Of a stretch of 64,000 bases of DNA, positions 1 through 13,219 are shown in pieces. The notes beneath the pieces are model-generated. The model had not been told where the DNA came from. It saw only the letters and a program-made list of their open reading frames with translations, and searched no databases. The position numbers and the translations under genes were made by a program. This stretch comes from Octopus vulgaris (lineage: Eukaryota): the NCBI GenBank assembly GCA_951406725.2, contig OX597837.1, positions 47,864,001 through 47,928,000 of the forward strand. The letters are read 5' to 3'. Position 1 is the stretch's first letter. Each line of letters begins with the position of its first letter.

Positions 1-59
1 AGCTTCTTACCTTTTCTTTACCAGTTTCAGCTCACGAGCTGTGGCCATGTTGGGGCACT

Positions 60-340
60 AGCATTTGCTTTGCTACAATTTCACTAAACCTCCTCTTGAT
101 ATGTGGCATTTGGTGAATGAGGAAATTTGATGTTGCTGCCATTATCTGTGTTTTTTGCTGCATGGTAAGTTCTTCCAGAACTCTTGACAGGAGGGGATCC
201 AGTTTTGTTTCAGAGATACCCACATCCACCCCATGTAAGTCTCCCAGGCTATGTGGGAGGATATTGAAGTGTGGGCCTTGAGACCCAAGCTGTTGCTATA
301 TCTGGCCCTGTATCATGTTGGCATTGCTCTAATATTTGGT
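60..340 (-). mobile_element. Degraded 3' end of a CR1/L2-like LINE
   Basis: Minus-strand translation ...HFNILPHSLGDLHGVDVGISETKLDPLLSRV resembles CR1/L2-group ORF2 C-termini. Confidence 0.5.
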
Positions 341-1564
341 ACTATGCAGGGGTGCCCCATTCTGCTGTTTGTGTAACTTACAATGCCAGAGTTTGCTACA
401 AGTTCTTCTAGGGTTTTCCAGATGCATATCGCTATGTATCTTTCCTGCTTTTGTTTTAGGGAATAGAGTCTTAACTTTTTCAGCCTCTTGTAGTAGCTGA
501 CATGTTGTGTTATCTTTTTTGTATAGCTTTGCTGGATTGCTTCGAGTTCTGTTGTTAATTTTCACAGGAAGCAGTAATCTAATTGGCTGAGAACAAATAT
601 CCTCCAGAGGACCATCGTGGTTTCCTGTTCTCTTGTTCTGAAAGTTCTAAGGATCCATCCAACTAACCAATTGCATTTTATTGCCAATTTAGTAATATGC
701 ACCTGGAAAGATGTATCATTATTCATGTCACTTCCCAGATCATGCCCTGATTTTGATTCAGGAATTGCAATTCATCCTGGGCCCATGTTATCTTATATAT
801 TTATACAAACACACACCATGATTTACAAGATTAAATATGTATATATAGACTATATTTTATTAGGTTAGTTTGTGTATATAAACATGTTTTGCTAGCTTAG
901 CTGTATTTTAAGCCATATTTTACTTGGTAAGCTGTATGTATGTAGTATAAACTCATCTTTTATGAGGTCAGCTGTATTGGCAGTATGTATATAAACACAT
1001 GTATATATAAATTCTTTTCCTAAGTAAGCTGCATGTATGTAAACATGCTCTACAGGTTAGGGGTGCATATATAAATATATGTTACTAGATTAGATGTGAA
1101 TACAGAAATCAGTTGTGAAATTATAGGTAGTGGTAGTAATTGTAGTGATATATGTAACAATATTTGGAGTAGTAGTAGAAGGTAATAGTAGTAGTAATAT
1201 TCACTATAATAATGTAAGTAGCAGCAATAAGGTAGAAGTTGGAATAGTAATTTTAACTGAAACCTGTTTATATATTTCAGAGTTGTAATTGTGTAGCAAC
1301 CTCAACTGAGACTGACTGTTGAAACTGAGGCACTTTCATTATAAAACAGTCATCTAATAATACAGAAGTTGTTTATTCTTTTTTTGAAATTTCATGAAAT
1401 GTTAACAATTTTATAGCCCATCTGCAACTTGGTCATTGCAGAAAATTTTGAGAATTCACGGAATTAAGTGATTTCAATAGTTTTGTGTGTTATTAAATGG
1501 CTAGAATTGTATTCCATGATGTAATTATTAATTACTGTACTGTTTCTCTTTATTTGATCCCTAG

Positions 1565-1672
1565 ACCACCATGCAATTGGCTGAGAACCACAGTAATGAC
1601 CCTGTTGCCTTGAAGGTTATATTCAGCTCCATTGTTCTCATGTGTAAAATATTTTATAGTTTAAACTATCAG
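1565..1672 (+). CDS. CSE1L: Exportin-2 (CSE1L/CAS) internal coding exon a
   Basis: ag|ACCACCATG...TATCAG|gtaagt; TTMQLAENHSNDPVALKVIFSSIVLMCKIFYSLNYQ resembles the CSE1L '...ISKLFYSLNFQ' segment; phase 0/0. Confidence 0.93.
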
Positions 1673-3531
1673 GTAAGTCTTCTTCCACTCTACACGACCT
1701 TCGTCATTCCTCATCACACTCCAATTACATTTGATTTTTGTGTCTTTCCTCTTCTAGCCCTTGACCCATATTACCTTTCACACTGCTCCCTAGCATTCAT
1801 ATCTAAATTAAACTGTCAAACATAGTGTTTTGTCCTAAATACCTGCTTATTAATGAAAAGGTTATGTTAACTAAATTCTTTTATATTGTTAATTATTTTC
1901 AAAATTCATTAAAACACACAGGCGTTGTATTTAATTAGAAATACTGTCGTGTAAGGCTTAATGCAATTGGACCCATATTTTGTTTTTGTTTAGCTCTCTA
2001 GGTTAGCTCTAATCCATTAGGCTTTTGATTCAAAGACATTTCCCCTTCCTCACATATATATGGTGGTATGAGACAGTAGCAAGATAAGGAATAATGGAAG
2101 AGACACTTTTAAGTCAAAGGTAATGGAAGAGAGGAAGTGATGTTTGTTAGTATGAGAAAGTAAGAGAGTGGTGGATAGTTGTAGAGATTGCAAGAGTGAA
2201 TGATGGATGTTATTAATAACAGACAAAATAGCTTGTAGTTAGTTGTGCCTCTTCATGTTCTGAATTCAAATTTCACCCAGGTTAACCATGCCTTTTTTCT
2301 TTCAGAGCTCAAGAAATTCAGTACAGGGTTTGATGTAATAGACTAAACCCTTGAAAGCTATGTTATCTCAGCATGATTGAAACAAGTGAAAGAATAGTGC
2401 ATCTAAGTCAATTCCAGATGTGTTCTTTTTTTAAGATAATATTGTATAATTTCAAGGAGATTTTGCTGTTATTTCTCACATGTTGAGCAGTGCCATAAAT
2501 ACTCATTTTTTGGCATGGCTTGAACATAGTAGATTTCAATTTTATTTTATGGTTTATATTGGTCTTGTTTAAATTTTATGAAGGTTAACTTACTGGACTG
2601 GACTATTGATCACATGACTATTCAGTAATCCAAATTTTACTATGACTAAGTGCTTCCTAAACAAGAGCTACATAACTACATTTTTTGTCAAATTTTCACT
2701 ACATTTTCAATCTTAATGGCGTTCTTAATTTGTTTTTTTATCCTTGTACTGCAACCATAAAAATACTTTTACTGAATTTAGACATTGGTGCAGATATGGC
2801 TGTGTGTGTACAAAGTTCTTTTCCCAACTGCATGGTTTCGGTTTGTGTCCTATGGCGTGGTGCCTTGATCAAGTGTCTTTTACTGTAGCCTCAGGCTGGC
2901 CAATCTTTTGTGAGTAAAATTCAAGAAACAAACACAGCATGGAAAATGGACATTAAATGATGATAATGTATAAGAACCCCATTAAATATATGTTTATCAT
3001 GATCATCATCATTTTTATATCTTTTATGATTGTAATGCAGGCATGAATTGGATAGTTTACAAGAATGGTGTGATTTTTAATGCTGACCCTCTTCCTAATA
3101 GCAACCATATTTTTTGGTAGCCTCAGTAATATAAAAATGTTCTTGCCCTTCAGTACAGGAAGAATCCTCTCTGCCCTGTGTTATTCCTACTTAATTCACG
3201 AATCACTTTGGTTTGTACTGGGTGTTTTCTTTCATTGCACCAGCACTTATGAATTCACCTTCTAACTTGTTCTTTACTCTTTCAAGTTACAAAGTGACCC
3301 TCACCACTGAGAGGAAGAATAGGAAAATGGTTGGTGACAATGAGAAGGGACAGAGAAAGAATCAGAGAGTGATGGGGGAGAAAAGTGGGATGGGTTGATT
3401 AAGGGCAAGTTCAGGGTTACCTTATATATAAGTGTGTGGGGATGTGAGACTGAAAATGTAAAACAAAACAGAAATGTAAGACAAATTATCTGGTGCAAAT
3501 ATTGTATCATGATTTTAACTTTTATTTGTAG

Positions 3532-3624
3532 GATATTCCAGAACATTTTGAGGACAATATGGCTACATGGATGGCTCATTTCAAAACTCTCTTGCAAGTG
3601 GACAATAAATTGTTACAGACACAG
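3532..3624 (+). CDS. CSE1L: Exportin-2 exon b
   Basis: tag|GATATTCCA...ACACAG|gtaaac; DIPEHFEDNMATWMAHFKTLLQVDNKLLQTQ (CSE1 DLPEFFEDN motif). Confidence 0.95.
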
Positions 3625-4039
3625 GTAAACAGATGGGGCTCTTTTTTTTTTTTTTTTGAATTGTTGCTGCAATAGAATTTGTTTGTGTTTAGGTTGTGTA
3701 GTGACCCCAGCTTAACCCAATCCATCATGAGACCACTGATCAAGGACTATCGAGCTGCAGTCATCTTGTCTACCTCGGGTGCAATCTATCTAGGACTACA
3801 TTTTATTTTAATGTTGTGTTTTTTTTCCCCCTTTTTTTCAGTCATTTGACTGCAGCCATGGTGCTGCATCACCTCGAAGGACTTATTTTTAAAGCCTAGT
3901 ACTTATACTATCAATCCCTTTCACCAAACTGGTAAGTTATAGGGATGTAAACACACCAACACTGGTGATCAAGTGGTGATGGGTGGGTGGGGGGCAAATA
4001 CAGGTAAACACACACACACGTTTATATAATAATAATAAT

Positions 4040-4330
4040 AATAGGGGATATAATTCGGAAACTTATAGGGAAAAATTCAATTTAACAATTTTCAATCAAA
4101 TTTCGCAATATATAATATATGTATATAATTTAGAGAAAAACCACTATTAAACAATTCAATAAAGAAAGATGTTATTCACACCATATAGAAACATTTACTA
4201 TAAAAAAAAAACAACCTTATTTTAAATCAATAAAGTACAATAAATAGTAAACAGTAGTAAAAAGACTACGCACGTTTCGTGGCCTGCCATAATGGCAGAC
4301 AAAGGTCATTGCATTCTGTGTTCTTTCATG
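4040..4330 (-). mobile_element. Probable Penelope-like pLTR remnant
   Basis: AT-rich block containing minus-strand CGAAACGTGCGTA (the GAAA/stem III half of a PLE hammerhead); cut off by the adjacent mariner. Confidence 0.35.
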
Positions 4331-4336
4331 CATATA

Positions 4337-5083
4337 TCAGGGACTCAAATGCTCTAATTGCTGACAGTAGACTTGAGCATTGATTGTTCCCTTAGGTGGT
4401 AACAATTCAAAGTGAATTACTCCTTTGCAATCCCACCAGATAGAGAGAAGAACCTTTTTCCTATGAAGTTCCCTTCTCGGTTGTGGTTGCGCTTTTACCC
4501 TTTTACCAAGCCACTGTTTACCATGCTTAACACAGAGGATCCATTTTTCGTCACCAGTCATAAGTCTATCCAAAAGGGGTGAAATGCGTTCGTGAGAATG
4601 GAGAGAAGAGCAGATGTCAATTTGGGATTTGCGGTTGCTTTCAGACAATTCATGAGGCACCCATTTTCCAAGTTTAGGAACCTTTTCAAGTTGTTGAAAA
4701 TGATGATGAATAGTTGTATGGTTTGAACTAAGCTTTATTGCCAATTCTTCAACTGATAATGCAGGATTTTCTTCAAGTAATGCCTCAAGGAGCTTATCAT
4801 CAAACTCAGCTGGACGTCCCGTTCGATCATCTTCAAGGCTGAAATCTCCACTTCTGAATTTTGCAAACCATCTTCTGCAAGTTCTTTCATTCAAGCATTC
4901 TTTCCTATAAACTGAGTGTATGTTTCGAGTCGCTTCGGCTGCAGAGTTTACTTTTTTGTACTCATAAAGTATTATGTGCCTCAAATGCTCTTTGGATACT
5001 ACCATGTTAGAAAGGGTTTTAATCAAAGAAATTTTAATTCTATTATTCTGTAAAATAATATTTAATTAGTTTAAATGTACTCA
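4337..5083 (-). mobile_element. Mariner transposon fragment (3'-truncated transposase)
   Basis: 229-aa ORF with HTH, WVPHEL motif, TGDEKW (first catalytic D), KKVLLSIWWD, YCQQL; lacks the C-terminal D34D part. Confidence 0.9.
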
Positions 5084-5114
5084 AATGCATATATATATAT
5101 ATATATATATATAT

Positions 5115-5300
5115 AATCATCATCATCATTGTTTAACGTCCATTTTCCATGCTAGCATGGGTTGGATTGTTAGACCGGGGTCTGGGAACCCAGGAGGCTG
5201 CACCAGGCTCCAGTCTGAACCGGCAGTGTTTCTACAACTGGATGCCCTTCCTAACGCCAACCACTCTGTGAGCGTAGTGGGTGCTTTTTACGGGTATCAC
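5115..5300 (-). mobile_element. 3' tail fragment of the RTE LINE family
   Basis: (CAT)n followed by gtttaacgtcc...ctggatgcccttcctaacgccaaccac, the reverse complement of the tail of the 14808-17457 copy. Confidence 0.85.
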
Positions 5301-5334
5301 AACTACAATTTCCTTTTGATTTTTAATATGATGT

Positions 5335-5336
<2 letters not shown>

Positions 5337-5385
<49 letters not shown>

Positions 5386-5472
5386 TAGATAGATATATAT
5401 GAGTGTGTGTGTATATCTATATATGTATATAGATAGATATGTGGATATATATATATATTTAGAGAGAGAGAG
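5337..5472. repeat. Compound (TA)n/(CA)n/(GA)n microsatellite
   Basis: Direct inspection. Confidence 0.9.
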
Positions 5473-5757
5473 AGTACGTAAATGAGATCTAGATAATCTC
5501 CATATAAAATACACTTAGTAGTGCTCAAGAGATTTAAACTTCAGCAGGTAAAGAAGTAAATGTAGGGGTCACCAAATATACTTCATATGTTGATTTGCTT
5601 AGTTTGCTTATCCCTACATTTTGATATCTATATATATATAAAAATTTTAATTTAAAATGAGGTTACGAAATTAGATATTAATTTAAGTAACATTGATTTC
5701 ACACCAGTGGTCTAGCATATAAAAAAACTGAAGGTTCAGTAAAATTGTATTTTATAC

Positions 5758-5930
5758 ATATTAGAGGGAAACCACCATGTGGACACCCCTATGCCAGAAA
5801 TAGATCTGCCATGGTCTCACCACTAAGAAATGTTCTCAAGAAAAATTTAGCTAAATTTTTCTTAGTGGTGTTACCATGGCAGATCTATTTCTGGCATAGG
5901 GGTGTCCACATGGTGGTTTCCCTCTAATAT
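5758..5930. repeat. Near-perfect long inverted repeat (73-bp arms)
   Basis: 5758-5830 is the reverse complement of 5858-5930 with 2 adjacent mismatches; a further perfect 26-bp palindrome spans 5838-5863. Confidence 0.95.
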
Positions 5931-6850
5931 ATATATATATATATATATATATGAAGCTCAAAATCACCATTGATCCAGAAGATCTATGATCAAAGATGTC
6001 ACAGCTGTAACCCTCATCATCATCATCATTTAACAAGTTGTCTTACATGCATTAAGCTGTTGGACAAGGAGCCAACAAAGCAGAAAACTTAGCTACTGTC
6101 AGAGGACATCATCGTACTCCAATGTCTATTTTGGTATAGTTTCAATGGCTAGATACCCTTCCTAACACCAATCACTTTACAGTGTGTAGTTGGTGCTTTT
6201 TGCATGGCACATGCCTTGTGTTTGCAAAAGTAAATGGATCCCTTAATTGATTGGGAACATAGAGAGGGAGGCAGTTGTATGTTAGGTCTTGAGAGGTTAA
6301 AGTATGACAAAAGGGACAGGGCTCTTACTGTAGAAGAGATAGATACATTACTACCTTACATTATATATTGATGGTTTTAGACATTCTTTTATCTTTGTTT
6401 ACATTTTTCTTTATAGACAGTAAGGTGTGATTTGAAGAAAATTTGGTTGCTATTTTTAGCAGGCCAGGTAGTTGTTTAGAATCCTTCTTGTCTTGTGAAT
6501 GCTTTTACTCTGTAGAATATCAAAGAACATTCGAACCATGACTATCTTCTATTGATGCATAAGTTTATCTAAGCAAATGTATCTTCCTTTCTTCAAGATA
6601 GTAGGGTGTGATGTGAAGGAAATTTGACTGCCTTTTCTAGCATGTTGATTGATTGTGTTACTGAATTTTATTGGCAACACTATGCCGATCTTTTAATATG
6701 TCACCATCTCCTGTTTCTTTCTCATCTCTAAATGTACCATTCTACATCATTTTCTTTCCATCTCTCTTTACCACTGAATGTCTCTTCTTCTACCCTCCTA
6801 TATGTTTCTCTAATTCACCTCTCTCCCTTTTTCTCTCTCTATATATACAG

Positions 6851-7018
6851 GATGAAGATGAAGCTGGTGTCCTAGAACAAGTGAAATCCCAAATTTGTGA
6901 CAATGTAACTCTTTATGCTCAAAAGTATGATGAAGAATTTGGTCCTCATCTTCCAGACTTTGTGACTGCTATCTGGAACCTTCTGGTCACTACAGGACAA
7001 CAAGTCAAGTATGACCTT
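6851..7018 (+). CDS. CSE1L: Exportin-2 exon c
   Basis: cag|GATGAAGAT...GACCTT|gttagt; DEDEAGVLEQVKSQICDNVTLYAQKYDEEF...AIWNLLVTTGQQVKYDL. Confidence 0.96.
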
Positions 7019-7044
7019 GTTAGTATTTATACTATTCTTTTATT

Positions 7045-7380
7045 CTTTTATTTGATTGCGACCATGCTGGAGCACTGCCTCGAAAGGTTTTAGTCAAACA
7101 AATCAACCCCAGGACTTACTTTTTAAGCCTAGTACTTATTCTATCAGTCTTTTTTTGCCAACTGCTAGCTTACAGGAACGTAAACACCAACACCAGTTGT
7201 CAAGTGCTGACGGTGGGGGGATACAGACATACACACACACACATATATATATATGACAGGCTTCTTTCAGTGTCTGTCTACCAAATCTGCTCATAGGGCT
7301 TTGGTTAGCAGTGGGACAGAACCTGGAGCCATGTGGTTAGAAAGCAAGCTTCTTACCACACAGCCATGTCTGTGCCTATG
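7045..7380 (-). mobile_element. tRNA-derived SINE family 1, near full length
   Basis: Minus-strand head ggc..gacatggctgtgtggtaagaagcttgct...ggttc (A/B-box-like), internal (TG)n; partial copies at about 2785-2920, 3835-4020, 12810-12950, 43080-43160, 45800-45950, 54730-54850. Confidence 0.7.
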
Positions 7381-9465
7381 TACATTATAAAAAAATGTTC
7401 ACTTTCCTCCACTTTTTCTGCTTCCTACAGTTGTTATTGTAGTTGGTTTCATGAAAAAATAAAACTCTATCTCAGAAAGAGAAGTAGAACTGAAGAAGTA
7501 GTAGGAAGTCGATCCTTGAGTACAACTTAGTTTAGGGTACCTCTCACTTCAACTCCTCCATTTATGTTAGACTTCATTATATATTTCTTATATTGATTAA
7601 AAGCATCCTGTTAAAATTTTTATTTAAAGGTTACATCTATGTTGTTAATTTTTATATCATTTAAGAAGTACAAATAATTAAACACAAGACACAATTCACA
7701 AAAATAAAGAAGAAATAGTTTTTATCAAACAGTGTAAAGGTAAAAGGATATAGCAAAGAAATTATACTAAAAATATACAATAAAAGAAAATCAAGCACAC
7801 TTTTGATTTGCTGTTCAAAATCTAAAGTACGTCAAATTTATAATTAAAAGACCATATACTTAAAACAGTGTAAATAGATTACCATTTTAAAAGAAATTAA
7901 CTCGATTTCGATACATAATAGGGCTTTTTTGAGATTATCAAGATTAAAGCATATTGGAATAAAAAGGAAAAGAAGATAATATTAAAATGAAAGATTACAT
8001 TATTAAATAGAATGAAAATTATATTTTGTAAGAGATTGAAAATTTATTCCTAAAAAATTAAAATTAAAAAAGTAAATGTGGTATTTATAGAATTGGGGTT
8101 AAACCAAAATCTGAAATGGGACAAAGTGGTGTGGACTCCCCTTCCTTGCCCTCACTGCCCTGTTCACTGTATCACTGCTCCTCTCACCCCCAACACCCAC
8201 ACCAACACTCTATTTTTCTACCCAGGTTCTATGCTCATATTCTTGTTACTTGTGAGTATACCCTAGCACTACACCATCTCTCCTCTGCTCTCTCTTACAC
8301 ACTTTTGCTGTTTCCTGCTCTCTCTTTCTTTTTCCCTTTGGTCAGTCTCTCTCTCCTCTTGTTTCTCCTCTGACTAGGTAACCAAGTGTCTCCTTTACAT
8401 CAGCACACTTGTTTCTGGCCTCTTTCTTGTACCTCTCTCTCTCTTTCTCCCCCTCTCCCTCCTCTATAGCTTTTTTCTGACTCTCCATTTCTCTGTTTCA
8501 CTCTAACCTTTCATCATCTGATACTGGATCACCTCCTCTACTACCTACTCTGTTGTGGCAAGACACTTGCTTGTCCCTCTGTCTGTTTGTCACACTCTAA
8601 TCTGTCATCCTCTGACACAAGTTCCCCTTCTCATAATTTTTTGCAATGAGAGTTACTTGGTTATCCTACCAGTGTTGGTGCCACATAATGTCCACCCTGT
8701 AATATGGCTGGCATTTGGAAGGGCATCCAGCTGTAAAAATCATGCCAAAACTAACCTCACCTGTGCTAGTGCCATGTAAAAAGCACTGAGTCCACTGTGG
8801 AGTGGTTGGTGTTAGAAAAGGCATCCAGCCGTAAAATCTCTGCCAAAACAGACAGTAGCCTAGTGTAGTTTTTCTACCTGGCTGGCTCCTGTCAACTGTC
8901 CTACCCATACATGCATAGAAGATGGGCATTAAATGAAAATGATGATTATACTGAAACTCAAAGTTTATCTGTCTGTTTTCCTGCCATTTGTTTAAGATGA
9001 TACAGATTACAAATAAAATAGTCATTTCCCCCTTCAAAAAAAAAGTTGAAAATGTCAACACTTCAAAGAATAGTGTCAGCTGTCGCTGTCCATCCTTTTT
9101 TCTTTCTTTTTCCTTCCCTTAATCACTGACAATTTTTGGAGTGCTGTGGACTTGAAAGTAGAAATTCTCTCTATATTTTTATGAGATATTTTTGAATCAC
9201 AGGTACTTGATTCTTTTTTTTTTTCATTCTTAAAGGAGAAAATTACTGTTTTAAACAGACAGAGATCAGTTCCAATGGGAGGAGTTGAATCTCATAAGAA
9301 TGGAAAAACAAACAACAACAAATGAGTTGTACCTCATAATGAGACTCTTTTAAGAACATTCAAATGCCACTACAATGTTGAAATTGTTACCCTCAGCGAG
9401 GACAATTATGTATGTCATCAAGTACACACTGAAAGGAAATGACGAAGCTGCTGTTCAAATAAACC

Positions 9466-10274
9466 TCATCATTGTTTAACTTCCGCTTTCCATGCTAGCA
9501 TGGGTTGGACAGTTCACCTGGGGTCTGGGAAGCCAGAAGGCTGCGCCAGGCCCAGTCTGATCTGGCAGTGTTTCTACAGCTGGATGCCCTTCCTAATGCC
9601 AACCACTCCGTGAGTGTAGTGGGTGCTTTTTACGTGCCACCTGCACAGGTGCCAGACGAGTCTGGCAAACAGCCGCGATCGGATAGTGCTTTTTACGTGG
9701 GGCTAGACGAGGCTGGCAACGGCCACAATTGGATGGTGCTTTTTACGTGCCACCGGCACGGAGGCCAGTCGGGGCGGTGCTGACAATGGCCATGTTCAGA
9801 TGGTTCTCTTACATGCCACCAGCACTGGTATCACAGCTACAATTTCCATTGATGTTGATCGATTTTGATTTTCAGTTGCCTCAACAGGTCTTCACAAGTA
9901 GAGTTTGTGTCACAAGAAGGAAAGGTATGCATAAGTGGACTGGCTACATCCCAGGTAGAGGCCACAGATTATGGTCTCACTTGTCCTGCCAGGTCTTCCC
10001 ACGCACAGCATACTTCCAAAGGTCTCGGTCTGACCTAAAGTTCGAAGGTCGTGCTTCACCACCTCGTCCCAGGTTTTCCTGGGTCTGTCTCTTCCACAGG
10101 TTCCTTCAACTGCTAGGGTGTGGCACTTTTTCACACAACTATCTTCATCCATTCTCGCTACATGACCATACCAGCGCAAACGTCTCTCTTGCACACCACA
10201 ACTGATGCTTCTTAGGTCCAACTTTTCTCTCCAGGTACTTACACTCTGTCGAGTATGAACACTGACATTACACA
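9466..10274 (-). mobile_element. RTE-clade LINE, 5'-truncated 3' fragment (subfamily A)
   Basis: ORF 9910-10290 RRLRWYGHVARMDED...GRDRPRKTW nearly identical to 16744-17019; full 3' UTR and (GAT)n tail. Confidence 0.92.
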
Positions 10275-10552
10275 GTGATAACAAAATCATTCAATATCTA
10301 ACAGGTAGGTATATAGCACCATCCGTAGCAGTTGCATCTATTTTAGGATTTTCAATTCCTAGAAGAGCACCTGCAATAGTGAGACTGCAAATTCATCTGT
10401 CAGATGAACAAAGGATGTTGCTCTGAAATTATGAGGATATAATATATGGCTGTCAATGAATGGCCTTTGAGAACAACATTGGCAGAATTCTTTTCATTGT
10501 GCATCAATGATGACTTTGCAAAAATATTATTTTATGCGGAAGTAATCATGTA

Positions 10553-11831
10553 TTAGGTCATCAAGTATAAAATTTGTTGTGAGGTATGTGGTAAACTTTG
10601 ACAGCTGCTCATTTTGCGCCATTATGATATTTTGACAATCTTTATTTTTTGTTAGAAGGCTGACATATCTGTTTCTTTATTCTAACTCATTTTGCACTTT
10701 ATAAAGTATCTATAAATCGTTTTTTGCTTTTTTTGTTTAAAGATGGCTAGGTCAGAAATTTGTGCAGTTTTGAAATAGTTCTTTCTTAGAAATACAGTAT
10801 CACAGATAGCTCGGAATATTAATGGAGTATTTCATTCTAATGTTATTACAAAGTAGACAGTTTCAAATTGGTTTGTACAAATTTTGTTCTGGTAACTTTG
10901 ACCACACAAATGAGCAACGAGGTCGACCAGAAACAAAGGTGGATAATGGCAAACTGAAAACCACTGAGTCAGATCCATCTCAAAGTGCTCGTGAATTATT
11001 GTTGTTCTTTGGTGTTAGCAAGCAAACAATATTGACTTGCGTCATTTAAATCGGTAAAGTGAAAAAGTTGGATATGTAGATTCCACATGAACTCAATGAA
11101 AATCAGAAACAGCAATGTTTGGAAGCCTGCATTATGTTACTTTCTCATCACAAAAATGAATCATTTCTCAATCGAATTGTAATATGTGATGAGAATGGAT
11201 CAAATACAACAACCGTAAACGTTCAGCACAATGGTTGGACAAAGACAAGCCACCAAAACACAGTCCACAAAGCAAAATTCATCGAAAGAAGCTGATGGTA
11301 CATGTTTGGTGGTCTGGTGCAGGTGTGATCCATTATGATTTCATTTAACCTAGCTCATCAGTCATGGCCAAAGTATACTGCAACCAGCTGGACCAAATGA
11401 TGCAGAAACTTACAAAACAACAGCCTAGATTAGTCAACTGATCCACCTCTATTTTATTGCAAGACAACACCAGACCACAAATCGCAAAAATGACATTGTC
11501 GAAACTACAGGAGTTGGAGTTGGAAATTCTCCATCATCCACCATACTCACTTGATCTTGCCCCCACTGACTACCACTTCTTCCAGAATTTGGATAACTTT
11601 TTGATAGGAAAAAAATTTAATTCCGATGGTGCTATAAAACAGGCCTTCCAAGATTTTATTGACTCTAGATTGCCAGGCTTTTACAGTTCTAGGCTGGACA
11701 AGCTACTGCTGAAATGGCAAAAGTGTATTGACAATATGGGTGCATACTTTGATGAATAAAACTATTCCTTGTATTTGTAAAACATTAGCAAACTTTTTTC
11801 TTTTCTACAAATTTCATACTTGATGACCTAA
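10553..11831 (+). mobile_element. Full-length defective mariner element (1279 bp)
   Basis: 24-bp TIRs TTAGGTCATCAAGTAT(A/G)AAATTTG with TA duplications at 10551-10552 and 11832-11833; disrupted transposase with QDNTRP and HPPYSLDLAPTDYHFF (DD34D). Confidence 0.95.
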
Positions 11832-13089
11832 TATTTCACTTGAAACAATAATAACAAAGAATGGAAGAGAAGAAAGCGAGGAAAAAAAGTTGAAGGCCAT
11901 TTGAATGTTTCCAAAGAAGAAAAACTTGGTTATCTTTATGTTGTCACACCAAAGGCGGGAGTACTGTATTATTTAAGAATTTTGTTGCATGAAGTTCGAA
12001 ATAGTATTTTATTCTTTACTGCTGCACATCGACATTTTCAACTTGGGGTGGTTGTGATTCAACGGGTCAGGGTGGGTACATCTAGTATTACTACTACTAG
12101 ATCTTCCTTCATATGAGACCTTAAATGTGGTTAATTGTTTTCAAATTAGTTTTCTTTTACATGTTTCAGTCAATGGACTGCAGCTATGTAGGGACACCAC
12201 CATTAAGGTTTTTTTAGTCAATAAAATTGACTCCAAAACTATTCGAATTATGGTAGATTGGATAAAGGCTTGATAGTAAGGCATTATATTACTGGCAGTT
12301 GCCCTTCCTATTGCAAATCCTTACCTGTTTTTCTTATCCCCTTACCTTGAGTGTATGCTCTGGCACATCACCACCATCTCTCTCTCATCCTTTCTATCTC
12401 TTTCTCTTTGACTGGAATAACCATGTATCTCCTCCACAGCAAGATACCTGTTTCGGTTCTTCTGTCAAGCTCTGACCCTTCGTCACCTGGCACAACCCTC
12501 CCACTCAAAAGATCTTTGTCTTATGAGTTACTTTGTGACCCCCCCAACCAATGCTGGTGCCACATAAAAAGAATCCAGTCCACACTGTAAAGTGGTTGAC
12601 GTTTGGAAGGACATCTGGCTGTAAAAACCATGCTAAAACAGACGACTGAAGCCTGGTGCAGTCTTTTGGCTTACCAGCTCTGGTCAAACCGTCCAACCCA
12701 CACCAGCATGGAAACTGGACATTAAATGATGCTGCTGCTGATGATGATGTAGGATATGTGTGCCCTTTGATGTTATGACTAAAACAAACTGAGCTCATAT
12801 ACTTACGCAAATGACAGGCTTCCAAATAGTTTCCATCTACCAATTTTACTCACTAGGCATTGATCTGCCAAAAGAAATGTAGAAGTTTTAGAAGACTACC
12901 ATTCTTTGAACCTATGAACACACAGTTGTAAATCAAACTTGTTAACCCCACAGCAATTTCTTGCTCTTTTCATTCTCAACTTGTCGTTTGTGTATATCTT
13001 AATATCATTTTATCTTTCTGTCTCTTTCAATCACTCATTAATTTACAATATTCTTAGTATATTCTATTTAAATTTTCTAACTGTTGCAG

Positions 13090-13219
13090 TTGGTTAGCAA
13101 TGCTATCCAGTTTTTGGCATCAGTAGCAGAAAGACCAAGTTACAAGAAACTGTTTGAAGAGAGTAACACCCTTGGGAGTATTTGTGAGAAAGTCATTGTT
13201 CCTAACATGCAGTTCCGCA
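13090..13219 (+). CDS. CSE1L: Exportin-2 exon d
   Basis: cag|TTGGTT...CGCA|gtgagt; [43 protein letters not shown]. Confidence 0.96.

Larger units (their letters stand above)
9235..12085 (+). mobile_element. Degraded Helitron (Rep-domain fragments) interrupted by two younger insertions
   Basis: Colinear Rep-like peptides VVPHNETLLRTFKCHYNVEI, IKYTLKGND, QYLTGRYI...ILGFSI, PAIVRLQIHL, EFFSLC.NDDFAK, LGYLYVVTPKAG..YYLRILLHEVR; candidate 3' end CTAG-T at 12082-12086. Confidence 0.75.
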
